Notes: generated from the sequence alone by a model not told the origin. 64,000 nucleotides of DNA from Takakia lepidozioides (GCA_030704615.1 CM060731.1:48918001-48982000); one strand, 5' to 3'. Numbered from the stretch's first letter, positions 35,945 through 48,459 are shown. Numbers and translations are program-made.

Positions 35945-38900
35945 CAGCTCAAACAGTGTGCGTTGCCGCACACTGTTTGAGCTGCACATGTCACTGTTTA
36001 ATGGTGTGCAAATTCTTCCTTCAACGACACCTTTCTGAGGATGAAATGAAATGACCCCGCACTGCCAGCTCAAACAGTGTGCGGCAACGCACACTGTTTG
36101 AGCAGATCTTTTCAATGTTTTAGGGTGCAAAATTTGGCCTTGGAGTCAGTTATCTGCGGGTGAAATGAACCCTTCACTGCCAGCCCAAATAGTGTGCGGC
36201 AACGCACACTTTTTGAGCTGAACATTTCAATGTTTCAGGGTGCAAAATTTGGACTTCAGGGGCACCTTTTGAGGATGAAATGAACCCTGCACTGCCAGCT
36301 CAAACAGTGTGCGGCAACGCACACTGTTTGAGCTGAACATTTCAATGTGTTTAAGGGTGCAAAATTGGACTTCATGGGTACCTTTCTGAGGATGGAATGA
36401 ACCCTCCACTGCCAGCTCAAACAGTGTGCGGCAACGCACACTGTTTGAGCTGAACATTTCAATGTTTTAGGGTGCAAAATTTTGTCTTGCTGTCTGTTAT
36501 CTGAGGTTGAAATGAACCCTTCACTGCCAGCTCAAACAGTGTACGGCAACGCACACTGTTTGAGCAGATCTTTTCAATGTTTTAGGGTGCAAAATTTGGT
36601 CTTGCAGTCAGTTATCTGAGGGATGAAATGACCCTTCACTGCCAGCTCAAACAGTGTGCGGCAACGCACACTGTTTGAGCTGAACATTTCAATGTTTTAG
36701 GGTGCAAAATTTGGACTTCATGGGCACCTTTCTGAGGATGGAAGGAACCCTGCACTGCCAGCTCAAACAGTGTGCGGCAACGCACACTGTTTAAGCTGAA
36801 CATTTCAATGTTTCAGGGTGCAAAATTTGGACTGTCAGGGCACCTATCTGAGGATGAAATGAACCCTTCACTGTCAGCCCAAACAGTGTGCGGCAACGCA
36901 CACTGTTTGAGCAGATCTTTTCAATGTTTTAGGGTGCAAAATTTGGGCTTGCAGTCAGTATCTGAGGGATGAAATGAACCCTTCACTGCCAGCTCAAACA
37001 GTGTGCGGCAACGCACACTGTTTGAGCTGAACATTTCAATGTTTTAAGGTGCAAAATTTGGACTTCAGGGGCACCTTTCTGAGGATGAAATGAACCCTGC
37101 ACTGCCAGCTCAAACAGTGTGCGTATGTTTTAGGGTGCAAAATTTGGTCTCGCAGTCAGTTATCTGAGGGTGAAATGAACCCTTCACTGCCAGCTCAAAC
37201 AGTGTGCGGCAACGCACACTGTTTGAGCTGAACATTTCAATGTTTTAGGGTGCAAATTTGGACTTCATGGCACCTTTCTGAGGATGGAATGAACCCTGCA
37301 CTGCCAGCTCAAACAGTGTGCGGCAACGCACACTGTTTGAGCTGAACATTTCAATGTTTCAGGGTGCAAAATTTGGACTGCAGGGCCACCTATCTGAGGA
37401 TGAAATGAACCCTTCACTGTCAGCCCAATCAGTGTGCGGCAACGCACACTGTTTGAGCTGAACATTTCAATGTTTTAGGGTGCAAAATTTGGACTTCAGG
37501 GGCACCTATCTGAGGATGAAATGAACCCTTCACTGCCAGCTCAAACAGTGTGCGTTGCCGCACACTGTTTGAGCTGAACGTTTCAATGTTTAGGGTGCAA
37601 AATTGGAGATTGCAGGGGCACCTATCTGAGGATGAAATGAACCCTTCACTGTCAGCCCAAACAGTGTGCGGCAACGCACACTGTTTGCGCTGAACATTTC
37701 AATGTTTTAGGGTGCAAAATTTGGACTTCAGGGGCACGTATCTGAGGATGAAATGAACCCTTCACTGTCAGCTCAAACAGTGTGCGTTGCCGCACACTGT
37801 TTGAGCTGAACGTTTCAATGGTTAGGGTGCAAAATTTGGACTGCAGGGGCACCTATCTGAGGATGAAATGAACCCTTCACTGTCAGCCCAAACAGTGTGC
37901 GGCAACGCACACTGTTTGAGCTGAACATTTCAATGTTTTAGGGTGCAAAATTTGGACTTCAGGGGCACCTATCTGAGGATGAAATGAACCCTTCACTGCT
38001 AGCTCAAACAGTGTGCGGCAACGCACACTGTTTGAGCTGACCGTTTTCAATGGTTTAGGGTGCCAAAATTTGGACTGCAGGGGCACCTATCTGAGGATGA
38101 AATGAACCCTTCACTGTCAGCCCAAACAGTGTTCGGCAACGCACACTGTTTGAGCTGAACATTTCAATGTTTTAAGGTGCAAAATTTGGACTTCAGGGGC
38201 ACCTATCTGAGGATGAGGATGAAATGAACCCTTCACTGCCAGCCCAAACAGTGTGCGGCAACGCACACTGTTTGAGCCGAACATTTCAATGTTTTAGGGT
38301 GCAAAATTTGGACTTTAGGGGCACATTTCTGAGGATGGAATGAACCCTGCACTGCCAGCTCAAACAGTGTGCGGCAACGCACACTGTTTGAGCTGAACAT
38401 TTCAATGTTTCAGGGTGCAAATTTGGACTTCAGGGGCACCTTTTGAGGATGAAATGAACCCTGCACTGCCAGCTCAAACAGTGTGCGGCAACGCACACTG
38501 TTTGAGCAGATCTTTCAATGTTTTAGGGTGCAAAATTTGGTCTTGCTGTCAGTTATCTGAGGGTGAAATGAACCCTTCACTGCCAGCTCAAAACAGGTGC
38601 GGCAACGCACACTGTTTGAGCTGAACATTTCAATGTTTCTGGGTGCAAAATTTGGACTTCAGGGGCACCTATCTGAGGATGAAATGAACCCTTCACTGCC
38701 AGCCCAAACAGTGTGCGGCAACGCACACTGTTTGAGCTGAACATTTCAATGTTTTAGGGTGCAAAATTTGGACTCCAGGGGCGCCTTTCTGAGGATGAAA
38801 TGAACCCTGCACTGCCAGCTCAAACAGTGTGCGGCAACGCACACTGTTTGAGCAGAACTTTTCATTGTTTAGGGTGCAAAATTTGGATTTCTAGGCACAT

Positions 38901-39240
38901 ATCTGAGGGTGAAATGAACCCTTCACTGCCAGCTCAAACAGTGTGTTGTAACGCACACTGTTTGAGCAGAACATATCAATATTTAAGGGCGCAACATTCG
39001 GCCTTCATGGGCAGATATCTGTGGATGAAATGAACCCTTCACTGCTAGTTCAAATAGTGTGCGGCAACGCACACTGTTTAAGCTGAACATTTCAATGTTT
39101 TAGGGTGCAAAATTTGGACTTCAGGGGCACATTTCTGAGGATAAAATGAACCTTTCACTGTCAGCTCAAACAGTTTGCGGAACCGCACACTGTTTAAGCA
39201 AAACATATCAATATTGAAGGGCGCAACATTCGGCCCTCAT
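35945..39240. repeat. Tandem array, ~28 x 116-bp hairpin-containing units (left arm)
   Basis: Each unit has CAGCTCAAACAGTGTGCG-gcaa-CGCACACTGTTTGAGCTG followed by aacatttcaatgttttagggtgcaaaatttgg-[variable ~16 nt]-tctgaggatgaaatgaacccttcactg. Confidence 0.97.
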
Positions 39241-39740
39241 NNNNNNNNNNNNNNNNNNNNNNNNNNNNNNNNNNNNNNNNNNNNNNNNNNNNNNNNNNNN
39301 NNNNNNNNNNNNNNNNNNNNNNNNNNNNNNNNNNNNNNNNNNNNNNNNNNNNNNNNNNNNNNNNNNNNNNNNNNNNNNNNNNNNNNNNNNNNNNNNNNNN
39401 NNNNNNNNNNNNNNNNNNNNNNNNNNNNNNNNNNNNNNNNNNNNNNNNNNNNNNNNNNNNNNNNNNNNNNNNNNNNNNNNNNNNNNNNNNNNNNNNNNNN
39501 NNNNNNNNNNNNNNNNNNNNNNNNNNNNNNNNNNNNNNNNNNNNNNNNNNNNNNNNNNNNNNNNNNNNNNNNNNNNNNNNNNNNNNNNNNNNNNNNNNNN
39601 NNNNNNNNNNNNNNNNNNNNNNNNNNNNNNNNNNNNNNNNNNNNNNNNNNNNNNNNNNNNNNNNNNNNNNNNNNNNNNNNNNNNNNNNNNNNNNNNNNNN
39701 NNNNNNNNNNNNNNNNNNNNNNNNNNNNNNNNNNNNNNNN
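39241..39740. other. Assembly gap (500 N) at the palindrome axis
   Basis: Run of N. True size and contig orientation are unknown. Confidence 1.
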
Positions 39741-42700
39741 AAATGTTCAGCTCAAACAGTGTGCGTTGCCGCACACTGTTTGGGCTGACAGTGAAGGGTT
39801 CATTTCATCCTCAGATAGGTGCCCCTGAAGTCCAAATTTTGCACCCAGAAACATTGAAATGTTCAGCTCAAACAGTGTGTGTTGGCGCACACTGTTTGGC
39901 TGACAGTGAAGGGTTCATTTCATCCTCAGATAGGTGCCCCTGAACTCCAAATTTTGCACCGAGAAACATTGAAATGTCCAGCTCAACAGTGTGCGTTGGC
40001 GCACACTGTTTGAGCTGGCAGCGAAGGGTTCATTTCCCTCAGATAACAGACAGCAAGACCAAATTTTGCACCATAAAACATTGAAAAGATTCTGCTCAAA
40101 CAATGTGCGTTGCCCGCATACTGTTTGAGCTGGCAGTGAAGGGTTCATTTCAACCTCAGATAACAGACAGCAAGACCAAATTTTGCACCCCAAAACAGTG
40201 AAATGTTCAGCTCAATCAGTGTGCGTTGCCGCACACTGTTTGGGCTGACAGTGAAGGGTTCATTTCATCCACACATAGGTGCCCCTGAAGTCCAAATTTT
40301 GCAACCACAAACATTGAAATGTTCAGCTCAAACAGTGTGCGTTGCCGCACACTGTTGGGCTGACAGTGAAGGGTTCATTTCATCCTCAAATAGGTGCCCC
40401 TGAAGTCCAAATTTTGCACCCTGAAACATTGAAAATGTTCAGCTCAAACAGTGTGCGTTGCCGCACACTGTTTGGGCTGACAGTGAAGGGTTCATTTCAT
40501 CCTCAGATAGGTGCCCCTGAAGTCCAAATTTTGCAACCTGAAACATTGAAATGTTCAGCTCAAACAGTGTGCGTTGGCGCACACTGTTTGAGCTGGCAGC
40601 GAAGAGTTCATTTCACCCTCAGATAACAGACAGCAAGACCAAATTTTGCACCCTAAAACATTGAAAACATCTGCTCAACAGTGTGCGTTGCCGCACACTG
40701 TTTGAGCTGGCAGTGAAGGGTTCATTTCAACCTCAGATAACAGACAGCAAGACCAAATTTTGCACCCTAAAACATTGAAATGTTCAGCTCAATCAGTGTG
40801 CGTTGCCGCACACTGTTTGGGCTGACAGTGAAGGGTTCATTTCATCCACACATAGGTGCCTCTTAAGTCCAAATTTTGCACCCCGAAACATTGAAATGTT
40901 CGTTCAAACAGTGTGCGTTGCCGCACACTGTTTGGGTGCTGACAGTGAAGGGTTCATTTCATCCTCAGATAGGTGCCCCTGAAGTCCAAATTTTGCACCG
41001 AGAAACATTGAAATGTTCAGCTCAAACAGTGTGCGTTGCCGCACACTGTTTGGGCTGACAGAGAAGGGTTCATTTCATCCTCGAAATAGGTGCCCCTGAA
41101 GTCCAAATTTTGCACCCAGAAACATTGAAATGTTCAGCTCAAACAGTGTGCGTTGCCACACACTGTTTGGGCTGACAGTGAAGGGTTCATTTCAACCTCA
41201 CATAGGTGCCCCTGAAGTCCAAATTTTGCACCCAGAAACATTGAAATGTTCAGCTCAAACAGTGTGCGTTGCCGCACACTGTTTGGGCTGACAGTGAAGG
41301 GTTCATTTCATCCTCAGATAGGTGCCCCTGAAGTCCAAATTTTGCACCGAGAAACATTGAAATGTTCAGCTCAAACAGTGTGCGTTGGCGCACACTGTTT
41401 GAGCTGGCAGCGAAGGGTTCATTTCACCCTCAGATAACAGACAGCAAGACCAAATTTTGCACCCTAAAAACATTGAAAAGATCTGCTCAAACAGTGTGCG
41501 TTGCCGCACACTGTTTGAGCTGGCAGTGAAGGGTTCATTTCAACCTCAGATAACAGACAGCAAGACCAAATTTTGCACCCTAAAACATTGAAATGTTCAG
41601 CTCAATCAGTGTGCGTTGCCGCACACTGTTTGGGCTGACAGTGAAGGGTTCATTTCATCCACACATAGGTGCCCCTGAAGTCCAAATTTTGCACCCTGAA
41701 ACATTGAAATGATCAGCTCAAACAGTGTGCGTTGCCGCACACTGTTTGGGCTGGCAGTGAAGGGTTCATTTCACCCTCAGATAACAGGACCCCTGAAGTC
41801 CAAATTTTGCACCCTAAAACAATGAAAACAGCTCAAAACAGTGTGCGTTGCCGCACACTGTTTGAGCTTTGTGAAGGGTTCATTTCATCCTAGATAACAG
41901 ACAGCAAGACCAAATTTTGCACCCTAAAACATTGAAATGTTCAGCTCAAACAGTGTGCGTTGCCGCACACTGTTGGGCTGACAGTGAAGGGTTCATTTCA
42001 TCCTCTCATAGTGCCTCTGAAGTCCAAATTTTGCACCGAAAAACATTGAAATGTTCAGCTCAAACAGTGTGCGTTGCCGCACACTGTTTGGGCTGACAGT
42101 GAAGGGTTCATTTCATCCTCAAATAGGTGCCCCTGAAGTCCAAATTTTGCACCAAGAAACATTGAAATGTTCAGCTCAAACAGTGTGCATTGCCGCACAC
42201 TGTTTGGTCTGACAGTGAAGGGTTCATTTCATCCTCAGATAGGTGCCCCTGAAGTCCAAATTTTGCACCCTGAAACATTGAAATGTTCAGCTCAAACAGT
42301 GTGCGTTGCCGCACACTGTTTGAGCTGGCAGTGAAGGGTTCATTTCACCCTCAGATAACAGACAGCAAGACCAAATTTTGCACCCTAAAACATTGAAAAA
42401 AGTTGCTCAAACAGTGTGCGTTGCCGCACACTGTTTGAGCTGGCAGTGAAGGGTTCATTTCAACCTCAGATAACAGACAGCAAGACCAAATTTTGCACCC
42501 TGAAACATTGAAATGTTCAGCTCAAACAGTGTGCGTTGCCGCACACTGTTTGAGCTGGCAGTGAAGGGTTCATTTCACCTCAGATAACAGCAAGACCAAA
42601 TTTTGCACCCTAAAACATTGAAATGTTCAGCTCAAACAGTGTGCGTTGCCGCACACTGTTTGAGCTGGCAGTGAAGGGTTCATTTCAACCTCAGATAACA

Positions 42701-43243
42701 GACAGCAAGACCAAATTTTGCACCCTAAAACATTGAAATGTTCAGCTCAAACAGTGTGCGTTGCCGCACACTGTTTGAGCTGGCAGTGAAGGGTTCATTC
42801 CATCCTCAGAAAGGTACCCATGAAGTCCAAATTTTGCACCCTTAAACATTGAAATGTTCAGCTCAAACAGTGTGCGTTGCCGCACACTGTTTGAGCTGGC
42901 AGTGCAGGGTTCATTTCATCCTCAAAAAGGTGCCCTGAAGTCCAAATTTTGCACCCTAAAACATTGAAATGTTCAGCTCAAACAGTGTGCGTTGCCGCAC
43001 ACTGTTTGGGCTGGCAGTGAAGGGTTCATTTCACCCGCAGATAACTGACTCCAAGGCCAAATTTTGCACCCTAAAACATTGAAAAGATCTGCTCAAACAG
43101 TGTGCGTTGCCGCACACTGTTTGAGCTGGCAGTGCGGGGTTCATTTCATCCTCAGAAAGGTGTCGTTGAAGGAAGAATTTTGCACCTTAAACAGTGACAT
43201 GTGCAGCTCAAACAGTGTGCGGCAACGCACACTGTTTGAGCTG
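39741..43243. repeat. Tandem array, ~30 x 116-bp hairpin-containing units (right arm, opposite orientation)
   Basis: Period 116 (gtgaagggtt at 41641 and 41757). Loops read TTGC. Two main unit variants: TAGGTGCCCCTGAAGT and TAACAGACAGCAAGA. Confidence 0.97.
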
Positions 43244-43273
43244 CCACTGAATGGTTCTTTCTTTCTCAAATAC

Positions 43274-43635
43274 CTGCCATTGAAAGCCGAATTCTTCACA
43301 AATGTGGGTCCTGTAGATTTTACCTTTTTCGTAGCTACTCGAGAAGACTCCCCAATTGCCGGGGACCCTTTCCGCTTCGGGCTGCTCTCTTCGCCGACTA
43401 TGTAGGTGAGCCTCTCCCCCTTCCTCTTTCCCGTGGTCAGATTCTTCGTGAGGCCAGTGTCAACATCTTCCTCCATGTCGTCTGTCTCTCCCTCAGACGC
43501 AGTGTCCTCCTCGCCTGTTCCTGGAACTATGGTGGGTTGTTGTTCTTCTCCAGATTCCTGCTCCTCCATCGCCACACTTTCCTGTATTCCCTCTTCTTCC
43601 TCCTTTTCCTCTTCCTCCACTCTTTCCATCCTCAT
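43274..43635 (-). CDS. Acidic, NLS-bearing putative first exon of a second element gene (right copy)
   Basis: Mirror of 35549-35910 with one H/Q difference and the same splice donor at 43272-43273. Confidence 0.5.
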
Positions 43636-44567
43636 TCTATATCTAGCTCTATTCCTGTTTCTAGAACTCGTGAAGTATAATGACTTCCTTCTCTTTCTCC
43701 TCCGCTGGAAACAAGGGCTCCCCACGATGCCCCTGGAGCTCTCCAGTTTGACGTTTGCAACAAGTGCTGGTATCGCATGTAACAAAAATAAAAATGGACG
43801 TTGTCAACCGTATTTGGATGCGGGTGTTGATATTGTGTGCGAACGGAATTCATCCATTTTGGCGTCTTTGTATTACCCAGCTAATAAAGCGCCGAAGAAA
43901 AAGAACATCCGTTGCATGCATTTGCGATATATGTCAGATGTACTTCGCCGCCTGCCAATACATGGCGGCCTCCTTGCCTTCTTTCAAATTCGAATGTGCC
44001 GTAGAAATGTAGTGCTTTTTCAATTCCGAGCAGTTCTTCCAGATTCGCAATAATTGTTATGCTTCACATATGCATCCACGTGTGTTGTACTGCATGCCTG
44101 TGGTTTTTTTTTTGCCGTGACCGTCCCCATGGGGTCATTCGGTATAAAGGATTGTGTCGGATATGACCATGTGTTGCACACATTCGTGCGAGGTATCTCT
44201 TGGAGTGTCAGTGTTTGTTCTGTGCTATTCTGGCGCAACACAATCTCATTACAATCGGATCTTCCTGTTTACTGCTCTCCAGGGTTGTTGCCGTCATTTC
44301 ATAATGGATGGTTTCATGTCATTTTCAGGGTTTGTTTTCCATCCAAAAACAGCACGGCTTCTTGTGGCTCTGGTCTTTCAAAACGGTTTTTCTGGTTGGT
44401 GGGAGGTGAAGGTGCACGTCATCCCTACATCCTTGGCATGCATCGCCGGCAGCCTTTGGTTTGGTGCTACCCTTGTTGACCTCAGTTTGCTGGTGGTATT
44501 TCCACTTTCGATAATTACGGGCTCTCAGTTCGGGGATTCCGTTCTGAATCGCCAGTTTCGTTCAGTG

Positions 44568-47500
44568 ATGGAAAACATGTCGAGGGAGCGAGATGCACTC
44601 GCTCGATTCCATTCCAATGCAGGTACTCTTCCACTGACTGCCACTGCAGACGACGATGGGTATGCAGTTGTTCATGAGGATGAGCTGGTTACAGTGTTCC
44701 CGCTGGAGTTGGGTTCTCTGCTTGTTCAGAAAGAGGTGTATGACGAGGATGGGAATTTGGATTCTGGGCACTTGGAGAAACCCTTGGTTGGCGAGTGTGG
44801 AAGGAAGTGGAGAGTCCTTCCAGGAACATACCGTGTCCTTGGAAAAGAGAGAAGACAATCAGCAGGATCAGTCGTTACCCCTGGCACTGCAGCATCGGTC
44901 GTGCAACAGAAGGGCACAGTTCCTGTGAAACAAGAGGTGAGCACATCCACTACCTTCGTGACTCTTTCGGACTCGTCCTCGGAGGATGTTTCTGAGATTC
45001 CTCCGCCAGTGCAAACTCCCTTATTGGATGATGACGAATTGCAAGAGATAACGAATGTCATTCCAAAATTGAAAGCCCTCGCAGGTGTGCCTGGGTGCAA
45101 GAGCGAGCTACGTTTTGTTGATTGGGAGTCCCTTCCAGTGCAACGGGTTCAATACGTGCCAGCTCAGTTTGATGGGGACATCTTGTTTGAGCTCAACCCT
45201 CCCACGTCTTCCAGTGGACTGGCTGGGCTTCTGCAGGGCATGGACAAGAAACATGACGGACATCCTTGGTGCAGGACAAAAACGTCGAACATCCATAACG
45301 ACATTGGCTTGAAATTTCGGAGGTCGGTTTGCGTTGGGCATTGCAAGTGCCTGAATATTTCTTGCCCTCGGCTGAGAAACAGCGCTCAGCCAAACGAAAG
45401 TGAGTGGGAAGGTGTGCCCCTGAATCCTTTCACCCCAGGGCTTGCACCTCCCAAGACCAATACTTTTGTGTGCAGGTTCTGCAAACTTTCCCCGTCCTGT
45501 GTTTCTGTTTGCCACGCTCGTATGTATCAGGTGGCACATCGATGCAAGACAATGACTCGTGCCTGCATTCATATGGGTGCACACGAGCATCCTGTGTCCA
45601 AAGGGAGTTGCAGGGATAGCGTGGACATCGCTAGAAATCTACTGAAGCAAGAGTTCCACAATGCCCCTTGTGCAACACCTTCTGCTATAGCGCTTGCAGC
45701 TAGCAAGGCATTCCTGGAAAAACACATACTGGGTGAAGGGGATGCGACACAGCCAATGCTGGATGCAGATTCCCTTGAGGCAGTCATGGACCATTTCTCC
45801 GTGTTGAGCTCTCCCAATATTCGAAACCAGGTGAATGCACTCAGAATGGGCACAGGCACTGCTGGATTCATGGACAACATTATGGACCTCAAACGGAGGA
45901 GTCGCTATGAATTCATTCAAAACAGTATGTTCCCTGGCCAGGGCTCGTCCAAAGTGTATTTGTTCAAGATGTCCGCTGTGGGCCAAGGCAGTGGTGTGAG
46001 CATTGTCCGCCGAATGCAACCTGGAGGAGATTTGGCTAAATGTTGGTTAATGTTTGATCACTGCAAACGGGTGAAGGGTTGGACAACCATGGCGTGCCAT
46101 GTGTATGATCCAGCGTACCAGCGTGTGCTCTCCATAGCAATTTGTGATATGCAGTCGGAGGACACTGAATCCCAGATGCTCATGTGGAATTCCCTCCTGG
46201 CCGTCATGCAGCGCAATGGAATACAGAACACAAATTTTGCGGGCTTCATGGCTGATAGTGCACAGGCAAATTTCAATGCAGTGCGGCGCGTGTTTGGTTC
46301 GGGGGATCCTAAGGTCCCAATGGAAAATAGGGAGCGCACATGCCTCTTCCATTGGAGTCAATCTCTGGCACGTCATACAAAGCGCTGCATTCGCCCTGAC
46401 CTTCAGTTGGAGCATAGAAGGCTCTGTCTGAAGTACAAGAATGCCACCTCAATGGGAGAAGCTGAGAGCACTTACCAGGCAATCCGGGCTTGGTGGTTCT
46501 CCTCTGGTGCTGCTACAGGTATCCACCTGAAGGAGTTGGAGGACTGGTTGGTTTTCTGGCACTTCAGGTACAGACAGTGGGGAGCTTTCATGACGACGGT
46601 AAGCCTCACAAGTTTTCCTTAAACACAAATTGCACTTTGCATCGTGCCTGTTCATTTGGGGTTGTTCGATTGTCACTTGAAGAACCTCTACCATTTCTTT
46701 TCCTTCCTCACATTTCCATGCAATGCCTCCTGCAGGACATGTCCTTGGAGGACTTGGCCGACATGCCATCGTGTAATTTGGCAGAGACTGTTCACAACGC
46801 CTGGATGCAACAGTCTACCAAAGCAGGTCGTGACTTGTATGTGGCCACTGCTGATGACATGGTGCGGGCACTTACACAACAAACCAGGTACCGCAATTTT
46901 CTGATGGGACGGGGTGGAGGGAAGGGCCCCGATACGACTTTGTTGATGCTAAGGGCTGCGAGTAGGTCCGGAGACCCGTCAAAGATGGCCAGAGCTCTAA
47001 ACAGGTGCACTGAAGGCTCCCCTCTGCAATCCAGGCTCCCCCATTTGGAAGGCGAGGAAAGATTTGGATCATGCAAAAGGAAATTAAACACTCTTCCAGG
47101 GTCAGATGGAGATTCCCATAGGCCAGACAGGGTCAATTTCTCTGTGCCAAAGGTGTCTCCAGTGCAGACTAAGTCCTGTGCCGGCCCCTTCCCAGGTGGG
47201 TCCTCCTCCTGTGGAGCAGGTGCAGAACATGCAAGCATAGCAGCGGAAATCCCATTGGAGGAGGTGGTGGCCATGGTGCAGGAATCTGATTGCATTGATA
47301 GTGACTGGCATATAGAACGCACCCCACCAGGATCTAGAGTGGCTTGCATGGCAATTCGGACCCCCTCATTCAAGAAATGCAAATCAAAAATATGCAAAGG
47401 CTCCAGGGGGACTCCAGCTCCAACATTCACAGGGTTGTTCCGACCTTATCATAGTGGGGAGTCAAAAGAGCACAAGTTTTGGTTCTGCCCAGACGATATG

Positions 47501-48148
47501 GCACGATGCGTGAAGGGAACAGTTCGTCCTTCCGTGATAATGAAGCCCCCTCCCCCCGCAATTTGGCCTGTGAAAATTGGGACATCGCTGTCCTCAACCG
47601 AGATAAGCATGCTGGAGGAGGGAGGGTTTTGTCTTGCACGGTCCCGGGTGGTGCCCTTATGCACTGTCGGCACAGATGTGCCACATGCTCCGACAATGCC
47701 TCCACCCGGTGCCGACTCCCACCCAACAAAAAGAGATGGAAAAACAGTGCGCCGTGTTGCTTCGGGTGCAGATCACGAATGCAAGATGGAATCGGCTAGA
47801 ATTTTGCAGGCTAGGGTGACTCGTATCACCGAAGTCCCTTCCCCGGGGTATGGACGGATTTACACAGTGCTGTCAATTGGCTCAGTTCTTCATGCCAAAG
47901 AATATCAGGTTACCATCGGGAATTTCCCATCGTGCACTTGTCCGGATTTTGTAACGATGCGTGAGGGCGCTCTCGGCATGAGAGGGAAGTGGGTCCCCTG
48001 CAAGCATCAATATTACATATACCTTGTAATTATGTGTTGCGACGGTAAGAGAGACCAATTCATTCACCAAGCCACACTAGGCTACGGAGAAGTCATCACC
48101 CTTCTGCAGCGGGACACCTCGCGTAGAGCTCCGCCAACTTCTCTTTGA
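44568..48148 (+). CDS. Mutator-like DDE transposase with GCM/WRKY-like N-terminal zinc domain and C-terminal SWIM finger (~1147 aa), intact right copy
   Basis: Exons 44568-46598 and 46736-48148 (donor ACG|GTAAGC, acceptor TGCAG|GAC, phase 0). Catalytic candidates: WLMFDH (D1), FMADSAQAN (D2), CLFHW (CxxH), CNLAETVH (E). SWIM finger: SCTCPDF...PCKHQY. The start codon is inferred. AATAAA at 48295. Confidence 0.85.
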
Positions 48149-48459
48149 ACACATACGAGCCATGCCCGCTTCCCATGCTGGTTTCCAGGTTGCCGTGTGA
48201 AGACTTTTCATTTTATGACAAACATATACATTTCGTTCACGGAACCAGGGCAAATGCACTTGCGATTCATTGTAAGCGTCTCTCTGTGAATTGAAATAAA
48301 CTGTGTCAATCATTCTGAGCTCAAATCTGCCATATTTACATATTCCTCTTTTTTGGCACGCATTGCAGACATGGTGCATGGTGGCCTCCTTTGTTTTGTC
48401 CACGGTAATAGGCCCTCTTCCTGCAATCCTCGCCTATAGGACCTGCTTCTCCAGCAGAT

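Noticed and set aside
36227-41437. Many short ORFs in the array and the X-filled ORFs across the gap
   Set aside because: They are by-products of the 116-bp periodicity and the N run, and frames are not maintained between units.
35945-43243. CRISPR array (palindromic repeat plus spacer look)
   Set aside because: The ~76-bp linkers are homologous to each other rather than unique spacers, there are no cas genes, and the context is eukaryotic.
44154-44567. Hydrophobic N-terminal extension of the 822-aa ORF
   Set aside because: It has a non-ATG start and T-rich UTR/intron-like composition, with an acceptor-like TTCAG just before ATG 44568. It is not excluded, but unsupported.
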